Positions 31,591 through 45,845 are shown, numbered from the stretch's first letter. The stretch is DNA of 64,000 bases from the human T2T-CHM13v2.0 reference genome, Homo sapiens (GCF_009914755.1 NC_060931.1), one strand, 5' to 3'. Notes: generated from the letters alone by a model not told the origin. Numbers and translations: made by a program.

Positions 31591-34231
31591 TGAGTGAGAT
31601 ATCCTTCTTTTCTTGTACATTGCTGCTGCTGGGCATGAAATGAATTTGCAATGAAAAGTTACAATAATAATTATCCAGTCTTTAAGCAATTTATACACTA
31701 TGGCAAAAAAAAAAAAATCCCAAAGTGTGTAAAAAACAAAACAAACTTTTCATATGGCTCAAATGCCATTTCTGTATTTTAGTTGAAACAATATGTCTCT
31801 CCTAAAATATATTATAAAATGAACTTTAGTGATAAATTAACTATGTTGCTTAAAGGATATAAAATGAATGGCTTCTTCTAAAACGAAAATGAATACATAC
31901 AACAGAGTTGCTTTGTTAATTTAAACATTTTAAAGGTAATTTTTCAAACTGTTTCAGTGGCCTGGAGCCAAATTTTATGCTTCAGGTGAACAAAAATCTA
32001 TCCTTTCCAAATGAACACTATGGACTGGCAGTTCACTTAGAGGAAAGAAATGTTTAATGTATTTTCTTTGCTATAACTATCAATAATGATATAGATAAAC
32101 TATAAAATATAAAAAGAACCCTTTGTTGAGAATAAGCTTTGCTTTACCCCCCTGTTAAGATAAATGCAATTTGTACTTACAGAAAAACAAAAATTTAAAC
32201 TAAAACGTAATACCATGTCACATCGGTTTTAAAAGGCTTACTTATGTCTCAGCCATACGGTTGAACATCAGAAAAATAATGTCAACTAGATATATTATTT
32301 CAGCAAAAGACAAACGTGTGTTTTTGTTTTCTGGCTTAAAATATTGCTGTTCTAAATATTTTTCCCTCAAAACTCATGAATATACCATATATCTAAAATA
32401 ATACCAGTGAATTTTGAAACTGTAAACTATTCAGTGTTTGAATAAATTAATAATGAATCTCAAAGAGTGGAATAGATCCATATACTATATAGCACACAAT
32501 TAACTCTTCATAGGCTAATAGTTTTTGAAACTATGAAACTGGATTGTTTTCCTATAAAACTTGATTATTTATTTTATAATTGGATAGAGAAATTAAGATC
32601 TAGTAAAAAATAGTCATCAAGATTTGTTGGGAATTAGTATGTAAGACCAGGAGACAGTGATTATATCTTTATAGCAGCAAATACAAAAATGCTTGGCAGT
32701 TTCAGTTGCAGTTGAGTGGAATGGATTCTAATGGCATTATTTGCCTTGGAATCTACAGAAAGGAAATGCATTATTTGAAAAACTGATGAATAGAAGAAAT
32801 GAGGTCAAGGCTTTGGGCAGTGAAAGGGAGGCCTCTGAAAAGAGTTGAAAAAGGAAAGTGTGGGCCAGATCAGAAGAACAATGCAAGTGTTATGTTGTAT
32901 TCTAAGAAAGTGTAATGCTATATCAGGGTGACTAGGGGGAACAAAGTTGGTGAACAACATGAGTACTCCCAATTCAAATTAAATTTACAAGCCTAGTTTT
33001 TGATATGTAGATTCTTAAAAACGGAGGTAAAGAAGCCAAGAACCAAACAACATAGCCCAGACTTCTGTTTGTGATTGATCTATGACTGGATCGTTACGAG
33101 TCAATAACATCAACCAAAAAATAGTTCCTTCCTGGATAAAAATCCCATATTATTTAATAGTCTCTTCTTTTTCTTTAGTGTTCTATACAGCCAAAATACT
33201 ATTGTTGAAGTTATTTTCATTTCTTGCCCTGTGGAAAAAGCGATATTGTTACACGGGTAATTATCATGTTTAGTTTCAAAAATAAGTTTCTATTGTATTT
33301 CTTTTGTGTTAACTTTTAAAATTAGTAATAACTGACATCTTTATCATAGATTTTCTTACCAACCCAAACACACACTTTTTTATGCGTTCATTTACTTTGT
33401 TTTTTTAGTAGCATTTTTAGATTTTTTTTTCACATTTTCTTTAGCTGTTTGTTAGCTGTTTAATCTTTTTATTCTTTGTGACATTTTGTTGGATATTAAA
33501 AGACTCCTAATATTGCATATTAATTTTCTACCCACGACTTTACTGTATAACTTAGTGTTTATAATATTCTCTTCATTTACCTGATATAGTATCAAAAACA
33601 AGTAATAAACTTACCTTCTTTCCAATTTCTGTAATTCACTTCTTTCTTTTCTCATTGAAGTTGCTATTTAAATAGCAACACTCAAAGTCACTCTTGAGCT
33701 AAGGTGTCTTGATAAATTCATTAGGTCATTTTGGAATTTTTTTTTTTTTGTGAAAGCAGTATACTTTAGAATGCTTTGAAGTACTAATGAACAGAATGAA
33801 TGAAAGCATGCCTAGGAGGGGAATGCCTGTGAGAGAGTTCTGAAACAGAGCAATTGACTTATGTGGCCCTGAGTGTTCCAAGAAATGATGTGTTAACCTC
33901 ATTTTACCAATGAAGTAATCAAGGCAGAAGCAGCATCAGCCTTTTGTTCTTTCCTTTGTTTTATCTAACATTGTTTGGTTTGCTGTCTTTCTCTTAACCG
34001 GTTTCTGATGTTGCTTGAGGTATTTAAGCTGCTCTGGCATCAAGTTTCCCTTTTCGATGGTCTTCCTTTAGTACTAAGGGCTAAGTGTGCTCATCTTCTC
34101 AAATATATTATCAGTTAGACTTGGGGGTCCACTGTCCACTTGGTTCTAGTGATCACTCATGTTAATCCTGAAGTGATACTAACCTCTAAATCTAGTTAGT
34201 CTCTTGGCACAGCAGGTACACTATTGACCTC

Positions 34232-34455
34232 CCCTTTGATATGTGTCACATATGGGACAGCATAGTTACAACTTGGTGCAAACTGAGAGCCTTGGCTGTT
34301 GCCAACACGGAGATCAGAAAATTTCTGAATGGGATGCAAAATGTGGTTGAGATTATAGCACCAGCATGCCTCCTGAGGGTTCACAGTGGAATGAAGCAAA
34401 GAGATCCTGTAGCTGAGGCTGTAGAAAGACATGCTGTATTAGGAAACAGCTATGT
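34232..34455. repeat. Copy 1 of a ~220-bp local direct duplication
   Basis: Hand alignment to 36893-37118: about 177/215 identities and one 3-bp indel. Confidence 0.93.
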
Positions 34456-34626
34456 GCCTCCGTCCCCGTGCTAGAGTTCAGCTTTTCTGGTGGGACTGAA
34501 TCCCAGTCCAATATCTTATGAGCAGCCACCTCAAAGGCAAAACTTTCTAATGTCCACATAACCTACTAGTTCCAAACCTTCACTACATATTAAAATTCTC
34601 TGGGAAGATATTAAAAAAATTACACA

Positions 34627-34928
34627 TGGCCAGGCATAGAGGCTCACACCTATAATTTCAGCATTTTGGGAGGTCAAGCAGGGAGGATCACTTGAGTTTA
34701 GGAGTTAGAGACCAGCCTGAGCAACATAGTGAGACCCTGTCTCTACTTAAAAAGAAAAAAAAAAGAAAAAAAGGTGAGTGTGGTGAGGCTTGCCTATAGT
34801 CCCAGCTACTTGGAAGGCTGAGATGGGAAAATCGCTTGAGCCCAGCAGGTCAAGGCTGTGTGGTTGTGTCACTGCACTCCAGCCTGGGTGACAGAGCGGG
34901 ACTCTGACTCAAAAGAAAACAAACAAAC
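34627..34928 (+). mobile_element. AluJ
   Basis: ggaggatcacttgag, CpG-decayed dimer, A-rich tail. Confidence 0.9.
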
Positions 34929-36340
34929 GCATGTCTAGGTTTTAGGTTTCAACTATAAATTAGCAGTTCCTGATTTCATTAGCAGGTTCCACAACTGTGT
35001 AGTCAGTCTGAAAATCACTGATATTACTTGGCTGTAAAATATCATCTTTCTTCTTTACTTTTCTAGCTGGCATTCTACCACTCCATAGACACTCCTGGGT
35101 ACCTATGGTCCAGAATAGCCTGGGTCTATCAATTCCCTTTGGCCATTGTTCTTTGTATTACCTACTTGGTAGATGCTCCACTGTTACCCTGGCCCACCTA
35201 ATAGTCTATCCAAGTCTGGTAAATTGTTTACTGAGCTATAAGGAGTAAGCATAATTCACACTTAAGTCACTTACATAGGTAGTTAGTAACAAAGCCATCC
35301 CAGAAACCAGGTGCACTAACTTCTAGACATCTGTTCTTTGCATTTTGTCTGAATGCTTTTCACTTATTTCATTATTTACTTTACTGTGTTCTGGAGTCTT
35401 CCTCTTTCCCGACATTTGGGCCTAGTATACTAACTAAATATAGATTACTGATTTTTTAAAGTAGTTTTTCCTTTGTACTCATATCTCATTTTAGACAATG
35501 CTAAAAAGATCATGATTCATTATTTTACATAGTAACTAACATCTGGAGTCAATTAAAATGAGTCTAACTCGTATGCCACATGGTACAGAAGCTGGATGAA
35601 GTTTTTTATTGAAGCTAGACATTGGTAATGTAATATGTAATGTATATAGACTCTATCACATTTCATTCCTCATGTCTTTGGACTTAGGTGCTATAAGAAG
35701 GCATGACCAGATGATGAAAAATTATGATGTCTTTAATTTTTTCAAAGAAATAACTGTTTTGCTTTCATCTAGGTCCCCAAAATTGTGCTTTAAAATGAAT
35801 TACGATATGCAAATTATTTTTCATACTCCAAGACTGAAAGGATACTGAAATAAAAGCAAAAGTGTGACAGTGTTGCATACTGATGTTTCTCATAAGAATC
35901 ATAGTTCTTTTATTTTTTTTCTTTCTCTTTAAACCATCAAGGAACAAGCAAGAGGCCATTTATTGCATATATATTGTGGCTGATAATCAGTATTTCTATT
36001 TTAGGAATAATCTATTATACTTAGCTGGGAAGGAAAATGAATCAATTTAATTACATGGGCAAAAAAATCATTCCTAAAAATCATGTTACTCTAAATTAAG
36101 CATCATACTAAATATGCACATGAAATTTTACAGTTTGACACTTTGCTCACTAAAAAACTTAAAGTGGTGTCATATATTTGGCCTATAACAAATAATAGCA
36201 AATATGCTATCATTCAATATTGTATTATCAAATACAGTTGGACTAAAATGAAAGAAATCATAACATATTAACCTATGTTTTAATCTTACAAAATCACATT
36301 CTAATTGCATTATATATGAATTTCAGAGACATTCTTAGAC

Positions 36341-36503
36341 TTTTATTTTATTTTATTTTTTGAGTCTTGCTTTGTCACCCAGGATGGAGTGCAGTGATGC
36401 TATCTCAGCTCACTGGAGCCTCTGCCTCCCGGGTTCAAGCGATTCTCAGACCCCTGTCTCCTGAATAGCTGGGATTACAGTCTCACACCACCATCCCTGG
36501 TTA
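36341..36503 (-). mobile_element. Right-arm-only Alu
   Basis: Perfect 14-bp TSD agacattcttagac (36327-36340, 36504-36517). Confidence 0.9.
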
Positions 36504-36892
36504 AGACATTCTTAGACATTCAAGCTGCAAATAGAGCCTCAGATCACAGTTTCCATGCATAATATTACATTAAACTATTTAGTAAGGACTCCACTCTTAT
36601 TCATATATGGCAGTTTAAATAGTGGAGAGTAAAATTTTACCTACCACATATAATTGAGAAATGGGATAGAGATCATTAGGAAAGAGTGAGCCTAAAATAG
36701 AAGTTTCTTCTCAAGAGAATATTTTAAGTATAGGTTACTCTAATTTTAATTTAGTATTCTTTTCTTTTATAAATAAAATTTACTCTTTTTATCCCATTTA
36801 CTCCAGTCAGTGTGTGATAGCATACTCAAATTTCTTTTACCTATAAATTTATTTAGTATCTTCACACTACGGTTATACCATTTATTTATATA

Positions 36893-37118
36893 CCCTTAAT
36901 ATGTGTCATATAGGTGACAGCATAGTTGCAACTTAGTCCAAACAGAGAATATTGGCTATTACCAACATGGAGAGGATCAGAAAATTTCTGAATGGAATGC
37001 AAAATGTGGTTGAGATTACGGCACCAGCATGCCTGCTGAGAGTTCCTGGAGGAATGGGGCAAAGGGCCCCTGAGGCTGAGACTACAGATAGACAGGCTGT
37101 ATTGGGAGAAAGCTACGT
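36893..37118. repeat. Copy 2 of the ~220-bp local direct duplication
   Basis: See 34232-34455. Confidence 0.93.
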
Positions 37119-39479
37119 TTCATGGTATCAGATTCCTTCAACAAGTACAAAAGTGTTAAAGTGGGACCCAAATTGACAGAGGGAGAATCACCAAACTCCA
37201 CTTGAGAAAAAACACTGTACATTTCCTATGGTTAAAGTAGATAGCATAAATTATTCCATCAGAGAGCATACTTACTGCAATGGAGGCAATGGCCCAGTGT
37301 CTTGGGCCAGACATGGGAAACTATGAAAGCAGATGTCAGTGCTTGGAGCAGGCATTACACTGCTAGATACCTCCCGTTACCACCCATTTTTTTTAATCAA
37401 TAAGAGAAGCAAGAGAAGAGTCCTAAGAGCTCAAGCTTTAAGCCCTTAAGAACCTGAGTTACCTTGTATTAGCCAGATACTCATTTGTACTACAAGACAC
37501 AAATTGGGATTTGTGAGTTAAATTTCAATTAGGTAGAAATATAATTGCAAAGGAGCACACTGAAATTGGGTCCATTTTGTAACCACAACTATTTAAAGCA
37601 TATTATAAATTCTGAGTGCATTGCCCTACTGCCTTCTCACATTCAAGGTCACCCTTGATAAGTCTGAAAATTATTATAGTCAACATGTATTAACAGCTTA
37701 TTAGGGCTAAGGTATAGTCAGCACTTCAAGGTCTGAACCATAAAAGATAGAAACTATTATTATCCTTATTTTGTGGTAGAAGTCATTGAAGTATAAGTTA
37801 AATAAATTTCCTGAATCACATGTTTAGTAAATTGCAGCATCTGAGTCTAGAGTTCTTTAATACTACATTTCACAGCTTCCCAGGGCAGTCATTTTCTTGT
37901 TGCTTTTTGTATAACTTAAAAAATGTCTTTAGAAACTTTGAATATCTTCTTATCTCCACTGTTCTGAAGTTAAATGCATATATGTCTAATTATGACTCTT
38001 TTTAAATTCAAAGTGACAGGACTGTTGTGGGCTCTTTTATTCTGAAATTTGTTTCTCATATCAATCTGTTTTCTCACATTAATTTGTCTTTTTTCTTTCT
38101 TTTGTGGAAACCCTCAAGTAGCGAAATAATGGGAGCTTAATTCTGGGGTGCAAATGTCTACACTAGAAGGTTTCGTTATCCCATTTTTTCCCTAATTTTT
38201 TTGAGCAAGAGAATAGTCGAAGTGAGAATTGACTAGATGAAGCCTTGAACAAATTACAAAACTTAGTGACTTTCAAAACTGTAGAAACTTCTTTTTTCCA
38301 TGTCTCTTCACTCTGGAATGCAGGCTGATAAAGCAGCCATTATCTCAATGTTGCTGTCTGTGGCTGATGGAAGGAAGGTTCTTGAAGGGCATCAATTACA
38401 TGATCTTGCCTGAAAAGGACTTCGCATCACTTTCTCTAGCAATTTGTTGGCCATAACTAGTCACATGGTCCTACACAATTATATCAGTGAATTAGTTTGG
38501 GAATAAATATGGATTGCTTATGATTTGCACATCCAGTACCAGTGTTAGCAAGTTGTTATTGTTATCTAACAACAGTTACTCAATACATACACAGTCACTG
38601 AATTTCAGCCCTATTTTCCATTTCTATGTTTTATCATACTGACTGATTCTGAGATTAGAGCTTCTCTGAGGTCTTCTTTTGTGCATTAGTTCCTACTTTC
38701 TTCCTTATAGCATATATCTTCTAGCATATGCTAGCTTGTAGCTTTTCTGCTGATTTCATCCAATGATTCATTCTCAATTACCTTCTGTGTTCAACCAGTG
38801 TTGATCTTTCTCCCTGGTCATAACAGTCACTTTTTACTTTCTGTTCTCCTTATCTTACATCTTTCATTCTTAATTGTAATTCTAGTGGAATCTTACAAAT
38901 AATGGGGCAAACTATATGTATTATCTGCCATCATTAATATGAAGCCAGGTGAGAAAACTGGTTTTTCAGTCTTATAGTTTATTCATATATTGAGACACAT
39001 CTAAATATATGAGGAAAAATACTTTAGACGTTTGAGATAATCTTTCCTCCTGAATCAAAAGTATAAATCTGTTCTTATTAGATTTAAGGAACAAGTATAA
39101 TATCAAAATTTTAAGCTTTGATATTACAGTGGGATTTAAAAAATAGCTAGTTCTTGTCTTGAGGAAGTTCAGGATTTATCAGAGAGGTAAGATACACAAA
39201 TATAAATATATAGTACTAATTTAAAAACAGTATATAAGTAGTACAGTATTACAAAAGATGGAGAAATTCTTTTCACCTCATAAATGCAAAAAGTTCATGT
39301 AGGAGAATATTTAAAATGAATATTCCCTCTGTTCCTTACCCACCTCACTACCCTTTCCATATTCTACTTTTCTTGTTTTGCCAATTCATCCATCTAAACT
39401 AAATGTATGATACATTTAATTCTTTCATAAGAAATTTGAGAAAATTCCTACTTAGTGCTTAGGATTCATTTTAAGCATG

Positions 39480-39865
39480 GCTATTATAGGCTGAATGTTT
39501 GTGTTCCCCCAAAATTCATATGTTAAAACCCCAGCCTCCACCAACCCCCTACGGTGACGGTATTAGGAGGTAGGGCCTTTGGGAAGTAATTAGGCTTAGA
39601 TGAGCTTATAATAGTGGAGCCCTCATGAATGAGATTAGTGCCCATATCAGTGACTAGAGAGAACCTACTTCCTCCTCCTGCCCTCCACCATGTGGAGATA
39701 CAAGTCGGTAGTAGTCTCCATCCCAGAAGAGGCTCCTCACCAGAAGCCAACTGTGTTGGTAACTTCATCTCAGTTTTCCAACTTTCAGAACTACAACAAA
39801 TATATTTCTGCTGTTTATAAGCCACCCAGTCTGATAATTTATTATTGCAGCCTGAACTAAGTCAG
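39480..39865 (+). mobile_element. MLT1A-type MaLR LTR
   Basis: ctgaatgtttgtgttcccccaaaattcatatgtt...ttgcagcctgaactaag. Confidence 0.82.
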
Positions 39866-41862
39866 TGCTCTAAGACCTTAGACGCAGTTTAGTTATAGAA
39901 CTTACCTAAGAAGCAAGCAATTATTTATGCATACACATGCAAATTAATACCTTTTTAAAAGACATCTGTTATGTCCTTTAAAAAGCTGTATGCGTATGAA
40001 ATTTGAATAAATAAGATTGGCATAAAAGAAGGTTGAAGGGTCCAAAGATTCATTAGACTAAAGATAAATTTGTTGCCAACTTTTCACTTTCCTGACCTAC
40101 TACATCTAAGGGTATGACTTCAAGTGGTGTTTATATATTGATGCCAAAATCTATATTGTTTCCTCTGAATTTTCTTGCTGAGATACAGACTTTTATATCC
40201 CACAGCTGCTCTATACCTTTTTATCCTTATAGACTTCTAAAACCCAATCTTGCCAAATAAACTCATTATTTCTCCTCCTGAATGTAGTCCCTCTCTTAAC
40301 TTCCCTTACTCAGCAATGGCTCCATCACGTATCTGGAATCATGGTTAATTTCTAGATCAAGTTGTTTCAGTTAGGATTCTTTGGCTTCAAGGAATGGCAA
40401 GTCTGACTAAAATCTGAATAATTCATTGTGCTATCTAATAGGTTATACTTTCAATTGTCTCTACTCACCCCATTGGTGAGGGATGACTCCTATTCATCCC
40501 TAGGATTTCTGCCCTAGGAATATGGAAATTGCTGAACATACAATACCTAACAGTGGAGAGATGAGATTGACAGCAAATTATACTCACAGTTTGGGGAAGA
40601 AGGACTCTGGACATCATTCAGGTCCACATGGGGTTGCATTCAATGACAAAGTGAACAAATAGGGTTTGTGGGAAGCTTTGTAGTACAGTATCAAGAGCGT
40701 GCAGTTCCTTCTAGTTTTGGAGGGAGGATGTATTTGGCTTTTTCGAACAATTCTACTGGGCTGGCAAGGAAGTGAAACCCATTACTGTGAGATAAGCAAG
40801 AATGGTGCCTGGTTCATTGGATATGGAGGTGACCAGATTCCAAGAGCAGAGCAGAAAAAAGAACCTGTGTTCAGGCCATGCATGGCTGTCCCAGTTTCAG
40901 ATGTCAAAGTGGCATATAATATTTGGAATTAATTTTAAGCCTTACACTACAGTTCTTAAGAATTGTTTTCTGGTGGGGATTTCTGGTGGTCTCTCCTAAG
41001 GAACAAATGTTAGAGACTTTAACCACATTCTGAGAGCTCCAACCACACATGAGTGTTTCCAAATTCTTCATGTTATCAGTCTTTCAGTATTAGCCTTAGG
41101 CCCTGATCACCTGGCCAAAGAAACCAGTAACTACTAGCCAATGTACAACCTGATCTCAGGCCATGACTTCCAGGTAACAAGGAAGATAAAGCATAGTGCT
41201 AATTGTCCCACTTACAAAGGGTATTTATTTTATTCATTTTATTTCACAGCCAATCTTCAGTGGGACTTAATACTGTAGAAATCTTCTGTAAGTAATGCTA
41301 ATGAATTACACAGAGCTATCTATAGTGGTTGTTGTTATTTGTCCTCTTTGAACTGGTCATAAAAGCAATCCATGAAGCCCTAATTAGGATAACTAGAGAG
41401 GGCCATGAGTAGGAACGCTAAAGTCGGAGCACCCAGCTCATGCAACTGATTTGTGCCTTCAGGGTGTTCTCAGGTCTAGTCCACATACCACAATTCCACC
41501 TTAACTGTGGAATGCTATCAGGCACAGTTGACCCCTTAGTAAGCTATGAGAGATGGATAATTTTGGACACATAATCAATTTGTGTCCCAGACACACATTT
41601 GACTTGCAAGATTATACATTTCATTTCCTCCATAGGCTTTGTTTTGAAATCTATGTTGTCTGTTTCTTTCTTAGTTGTCTCCCAATCCCCTTCAATAAGA
41701 AATAATTTTTTAGCTGAAAGTTAAGTGCCTCACTTAAATACCGTATTGTTCTCCTACTTGGGAAAATAATCTCTACAAAGAGTCTATTAGATGCAAACAT
41801 TTTGAGCTCCAATTAATACATAGGTTTGTGAGGTTGAGTAGCGGAGGTACTTGCACTGATTG

Positions 41863-42586
41863 TGTAATTGCCCAATAGGCTCTTTCTGCCCACTGCACAG
41901 ACAAAATTAGCTCACTGAGACAATGGTATTTCAGTAAAGAAAGGCTTTAATTGATGCAAGGCTGACCATACAAGAGACGAAGTTATTACCCAAATCAGTC
42001 TCTCTGAAAGATCAGAGGTGAGGGTTTTTCAAGGGTAGTTTGATGGGCAGGGGGCTAGGGAATGGAGAATGTTGATTGGTTGGAAATGAAATCATAGGGT
42101 ATAGAAAATGGTCCTCGTGCACTGAGTCAGCCACTCGGCAGGGGCCACAGGACTGGTTGGGTCATAGGTCTGAGTGAAGTCAGCTGGTTGTCAGAAATGC
42201 AAAAATCTGAAAAAAAAAAACTCAAAAGACCAATCTTAGGTTCTACGATAGTGATGTGATGTATAGGAGCAATTAGGGAAGTCACAAATCCTGTGATCTC
42301 TGGCCATTTGACTCCTCAGCAGTAAGGGATTACAGAAACTATGCCTACATCTTAGCAGACTTCAGGTTCCTCATAACCCTAACCTTATAGCTTTCACCAG
42401 TTTTATAAAGGCAGTTTAGTTTAGGGAAGGGCTATTACCATCTTGCTTTAAGGTTAAACTATAAACTAAATTTCTCCCAAAGGTAGCTTGGCCTATGCCC
42501 AGGAATGACCAAAGACAGCTTGGTGGTTAGAGGCAAGATGGAGTCAAATTTCTCTTAACTGTCATGATTTTGCAAACACAGTTTCA
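41863..42586 (-). mobile_element. LTR8-family solo LTR (ERV1), complete
   Basis: Minus strand starts tgaaactgtgtttgcaaaatcatgacag and ends ttgggcaattaca; perfect TSD ATTG. Confidence 0.85.
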
Positions 42587-43132
42587 ATTGTATCCTGGAC
42601 TACATGGAACTTTGTCATGTTGAGGGTACCATTCAAATCTGACAGTTATTAATATAAATATTTTGGAACAGCGTGTCTAAAACTTTAGTCTCCAGTATCA
42701 AAAGAGGCTATTCAAGCATTTTGTGTTTTTAATTTCAGAGGGTACTTTTTTTTTTAAACGTTAGAGGTTCTACTATAACTTATACAAGAGCTAAATACTA
42801 ATAGAAAGTTCCTGAAGTGGAAGTTCTGTGCATTTTTGTGAAATATTTTGTGAACATTGTCATTTCCATGGTGTTTATACTTTTTTGCAACCCAATGGCA
42901 AAAAGGGGCATGAGGGGAATTGGGAGCCGCCTTCTTGCTCAGACAAATAAATGTTCCAACCTTAATCTAGTTCTTTCAACTAGATTTAGAGAAGGGACCA
43001 AATTTTATTAATTTTTTTAGCACTCAACAATTTCTATTTGTGTGTGTGTGTGTATAATGTAAATATTAAAAGCTTGCTGAATGGATATATAAACAATAAT
43101 AAACAATAAGAATAAAATATAGGAAGAATTTC

Positions 43133-43460
43133 AGCCAGGAGTGGTGTCTCATGCCTGGAGTCCCAGGATTCTGGGAGGCCGAGGAAGAGGACAGCTTGAG
43201 CCCAGGAGTTTGAGACTAGTCTGGGCAACATAGTGAGACACTGTCTTTATAAGAAAAAAAAATTAACTGAGTGTAGTGGTGAATGTCTGTGGTCCCAGCT
43301 GATCGGGAGGCTGGGGCAGGGGGATCACTTGAGCCCCAGGAAGTCAAGGCTGTGATTACGTCACTGCATTCCAGCCTGGGCAACAGAACAAGACACCCAT
43401 CTCAGTAAATAAATAAATAAATAAATAAATATATAAATAAAGTAAAACATTAAAAGAAAA
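43133..43460 (+). mobile_element. AluJ with (TAAA)n tail
   Basis: Dimer; flanking ataggaa(g/c)aattt. Confidence 0.9.
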
Positions 43461-45389
43461 AAATAGGAACAATTTAAGTATAAGTTTTTAATAAATCAGC
43501 CATGGCTCAGTTTTATTAAACTTCAACACGTGCTTTCCAATGGCTATATTTTAAAAAAAACTATAATCTTAAATTCTCATATCTCATTATACTATTGTTG
43601 TTACAAGTAATAGACTGACTTAATAAAATGATCTCCTTATCCATGATAATGGATTTAAAATTTATGTATTCATATCTTATGATCCTTGTTAAACTTCACT
43701 GTCAAGTAAAATACTATACAGTAACCTAATTCATGCTTTGAATACCTATTTTATCTAGGGACTTGTTTGGCACTGGATCACATATATAAGCTTTTATCTT
43801 TGGATCACTACATTTTAACCATAGTACAGAGATATTCAAGAAATGATTTTCCTATTTAGTTACCACAAAGTGTGGGAAGGGATGGATAAGAAGAAACAGA
43901 GTCAAATACATATTTTTACACATCTGTGGGAATTTTTATAGACATTAACCAGCAAGCAAATTCATGGCAGTAGGACGATGTTGTACTGGAAACAATCAAC
44001 CCACAACGTGCTCCTGGAATGCACTGATAGCCTGTACTTCTGGGAGCATCTGAACTGCTTGTTCTTGAATTAGAGCCACTTAGATAAAATTTAAATACTG
44101 TAGTATTTAGAAAATATTTTGTATAACATTTACTTCATTATTATATGTGCACATTGAATGTTTACTTTAAACTAACTTGGGTTCTGGGATTCCACCATAT
44201 GGAATAATATGGTGCAATTACATGCCATGAGATGTACATGATTTAACACTAGGTACAAAGCCAACCTCTGGAGAGGTCCACAGATAATTCTCCTCACTCA
44301 GTTGTATTCCTTTCCCTTTCCCACTACAAGAGGCGACCTAATTAAATTTCGGAATATTTATAATAACTGACACGATAGCACTTACTATATGCCAAGTATT
44401 ATTTTAGCCCTTCTACGTTTATTAACCACTTAATCAAAGCAACTCTGTAATGTTGAGTACTGTTATTATATTAGTACTATTATTCTTTCGACTTCATGGT
44501 GGCTTGGAAAGAGTAAGTAAATTGCCCAGGCTCACAGTTCTAATAACTGAGAGTAGTATGGGAGGAGATGATGATCACACTAGGGGAGTGTTAATGGAAA
44601 TGTAGAAAACTAGACAGATATCCAATATAATTTAGAAGTAAAATTACTTGGCTCTAAATAGGATCTTGGTAAAAGAAAAGGGTACGAAGTACAATAATTC
44701 CTATGCTTTTGGCTTGAAAATTCTGTGGATGTTGGTGTCATTTACAAAGTTGGGGAATGGGGAAGGAACTCTTTTAATGGAAGGGACAGAATGTGAAGTG
44801 GTGGAAGATACATTGCAATAAGAGTTATGTAGGGACATGTTAGATTAGGGATGCCTTTTTTTTTCTAGGCTGCATTCTAGCGGGAACAAACTGAAATGGA
44901 CACTTGCATATAGGTGGTTTTTTGCAAAGAACTCTCAGGAACAGTACCTGTGAAGGAAGAAAGCAGGATTGACAAAGAAATTGGTGATGTACAGCTGAAA
45001 CAGAGGCGTCAGTCAATCTCATGGGAAACTGGAGCTGGGATGGCCCTCCAGAGATGGGCTGAATTGAGACATGTTACCAAACCTGTCCTTCTGTCCCTTT
45101 GTCCCTCTGAAGTGGGTATTACTTGGAGAAAAGCAGCTTCCTCCACCCCAAAGTAATTTCTGGGGAGAATCTTAGCTATGAGCCACAACTAGTCGACTCC
45201 CCTGGAAGATGGGAGAATGAGTACCCCAGTTTTGAGGCACACTCAGGTGGAGAAATCAAATTGGCCATCTACTATATCAACTTGGATGTAAGAATCTGGA
45301 CATAAGGGAAAAAACAAGGTTGGAGATATAAATTAGGGAACTCATAATAAGCATTTTCCACTCAAATACCATAATGCCAAGGGAATATG

Positions 45390-45845
45390 TATGGTGGGTT
45401 GAATTGTGTCCCCAAAAAAGAAATGTCCAAGTCCTAATCCTTGAAACTTGTGAATGTGACCTTATTTGGATAAAGGGACTTTACAAATGTAATTAAGTTA
45501 AGGATCTAGAGATGAGATTAGCCTAGATTTAGGTTAGAACCTAAAATCAATGATACATGCCCTTATAAAAGACACAGGAGGAAAAAACACAGACAAATGG
45601 AAAAGGCCATGTGAAGGCAGAGGCCAAAATTAGAATTAACTGCTACAAACTGAGGAATGCCTGGAGTAACAGGCACTGGAATAGACAAGAAAAAAATAAA
45701 TTCTCTCTTAGAGGCTCAGAGGGAGTGTGATCCTGCTAACACCTTGATTTTGAATTTCTGACCTCCAAAATTGTGAGATAATATACTTCTGTTGTTTGTA
45801 AACTACCACTTGGTGGTGATTTATGGCAACCCTAGGCAACCATGA
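45390..45845 (+). mobile_element. MLT1B/C-type MaLR LTR
   Basis: ggttgaattgtgtccccaaaa...gtgaccttatttgga...ggcaaccctagg. Confidence 0.8.

Noticed and set aside
34241-37176. Paralogous 77-aa and 74-aa ORFs as a duplicated microprotein gene
   Set aside because: The only indel is in frame, but copy 2 has TAG at codon 12 from the aligned ATG and many substitutions change amino acids, so there is no sign of coding constraint. The DNA duplication is kept as a finding.
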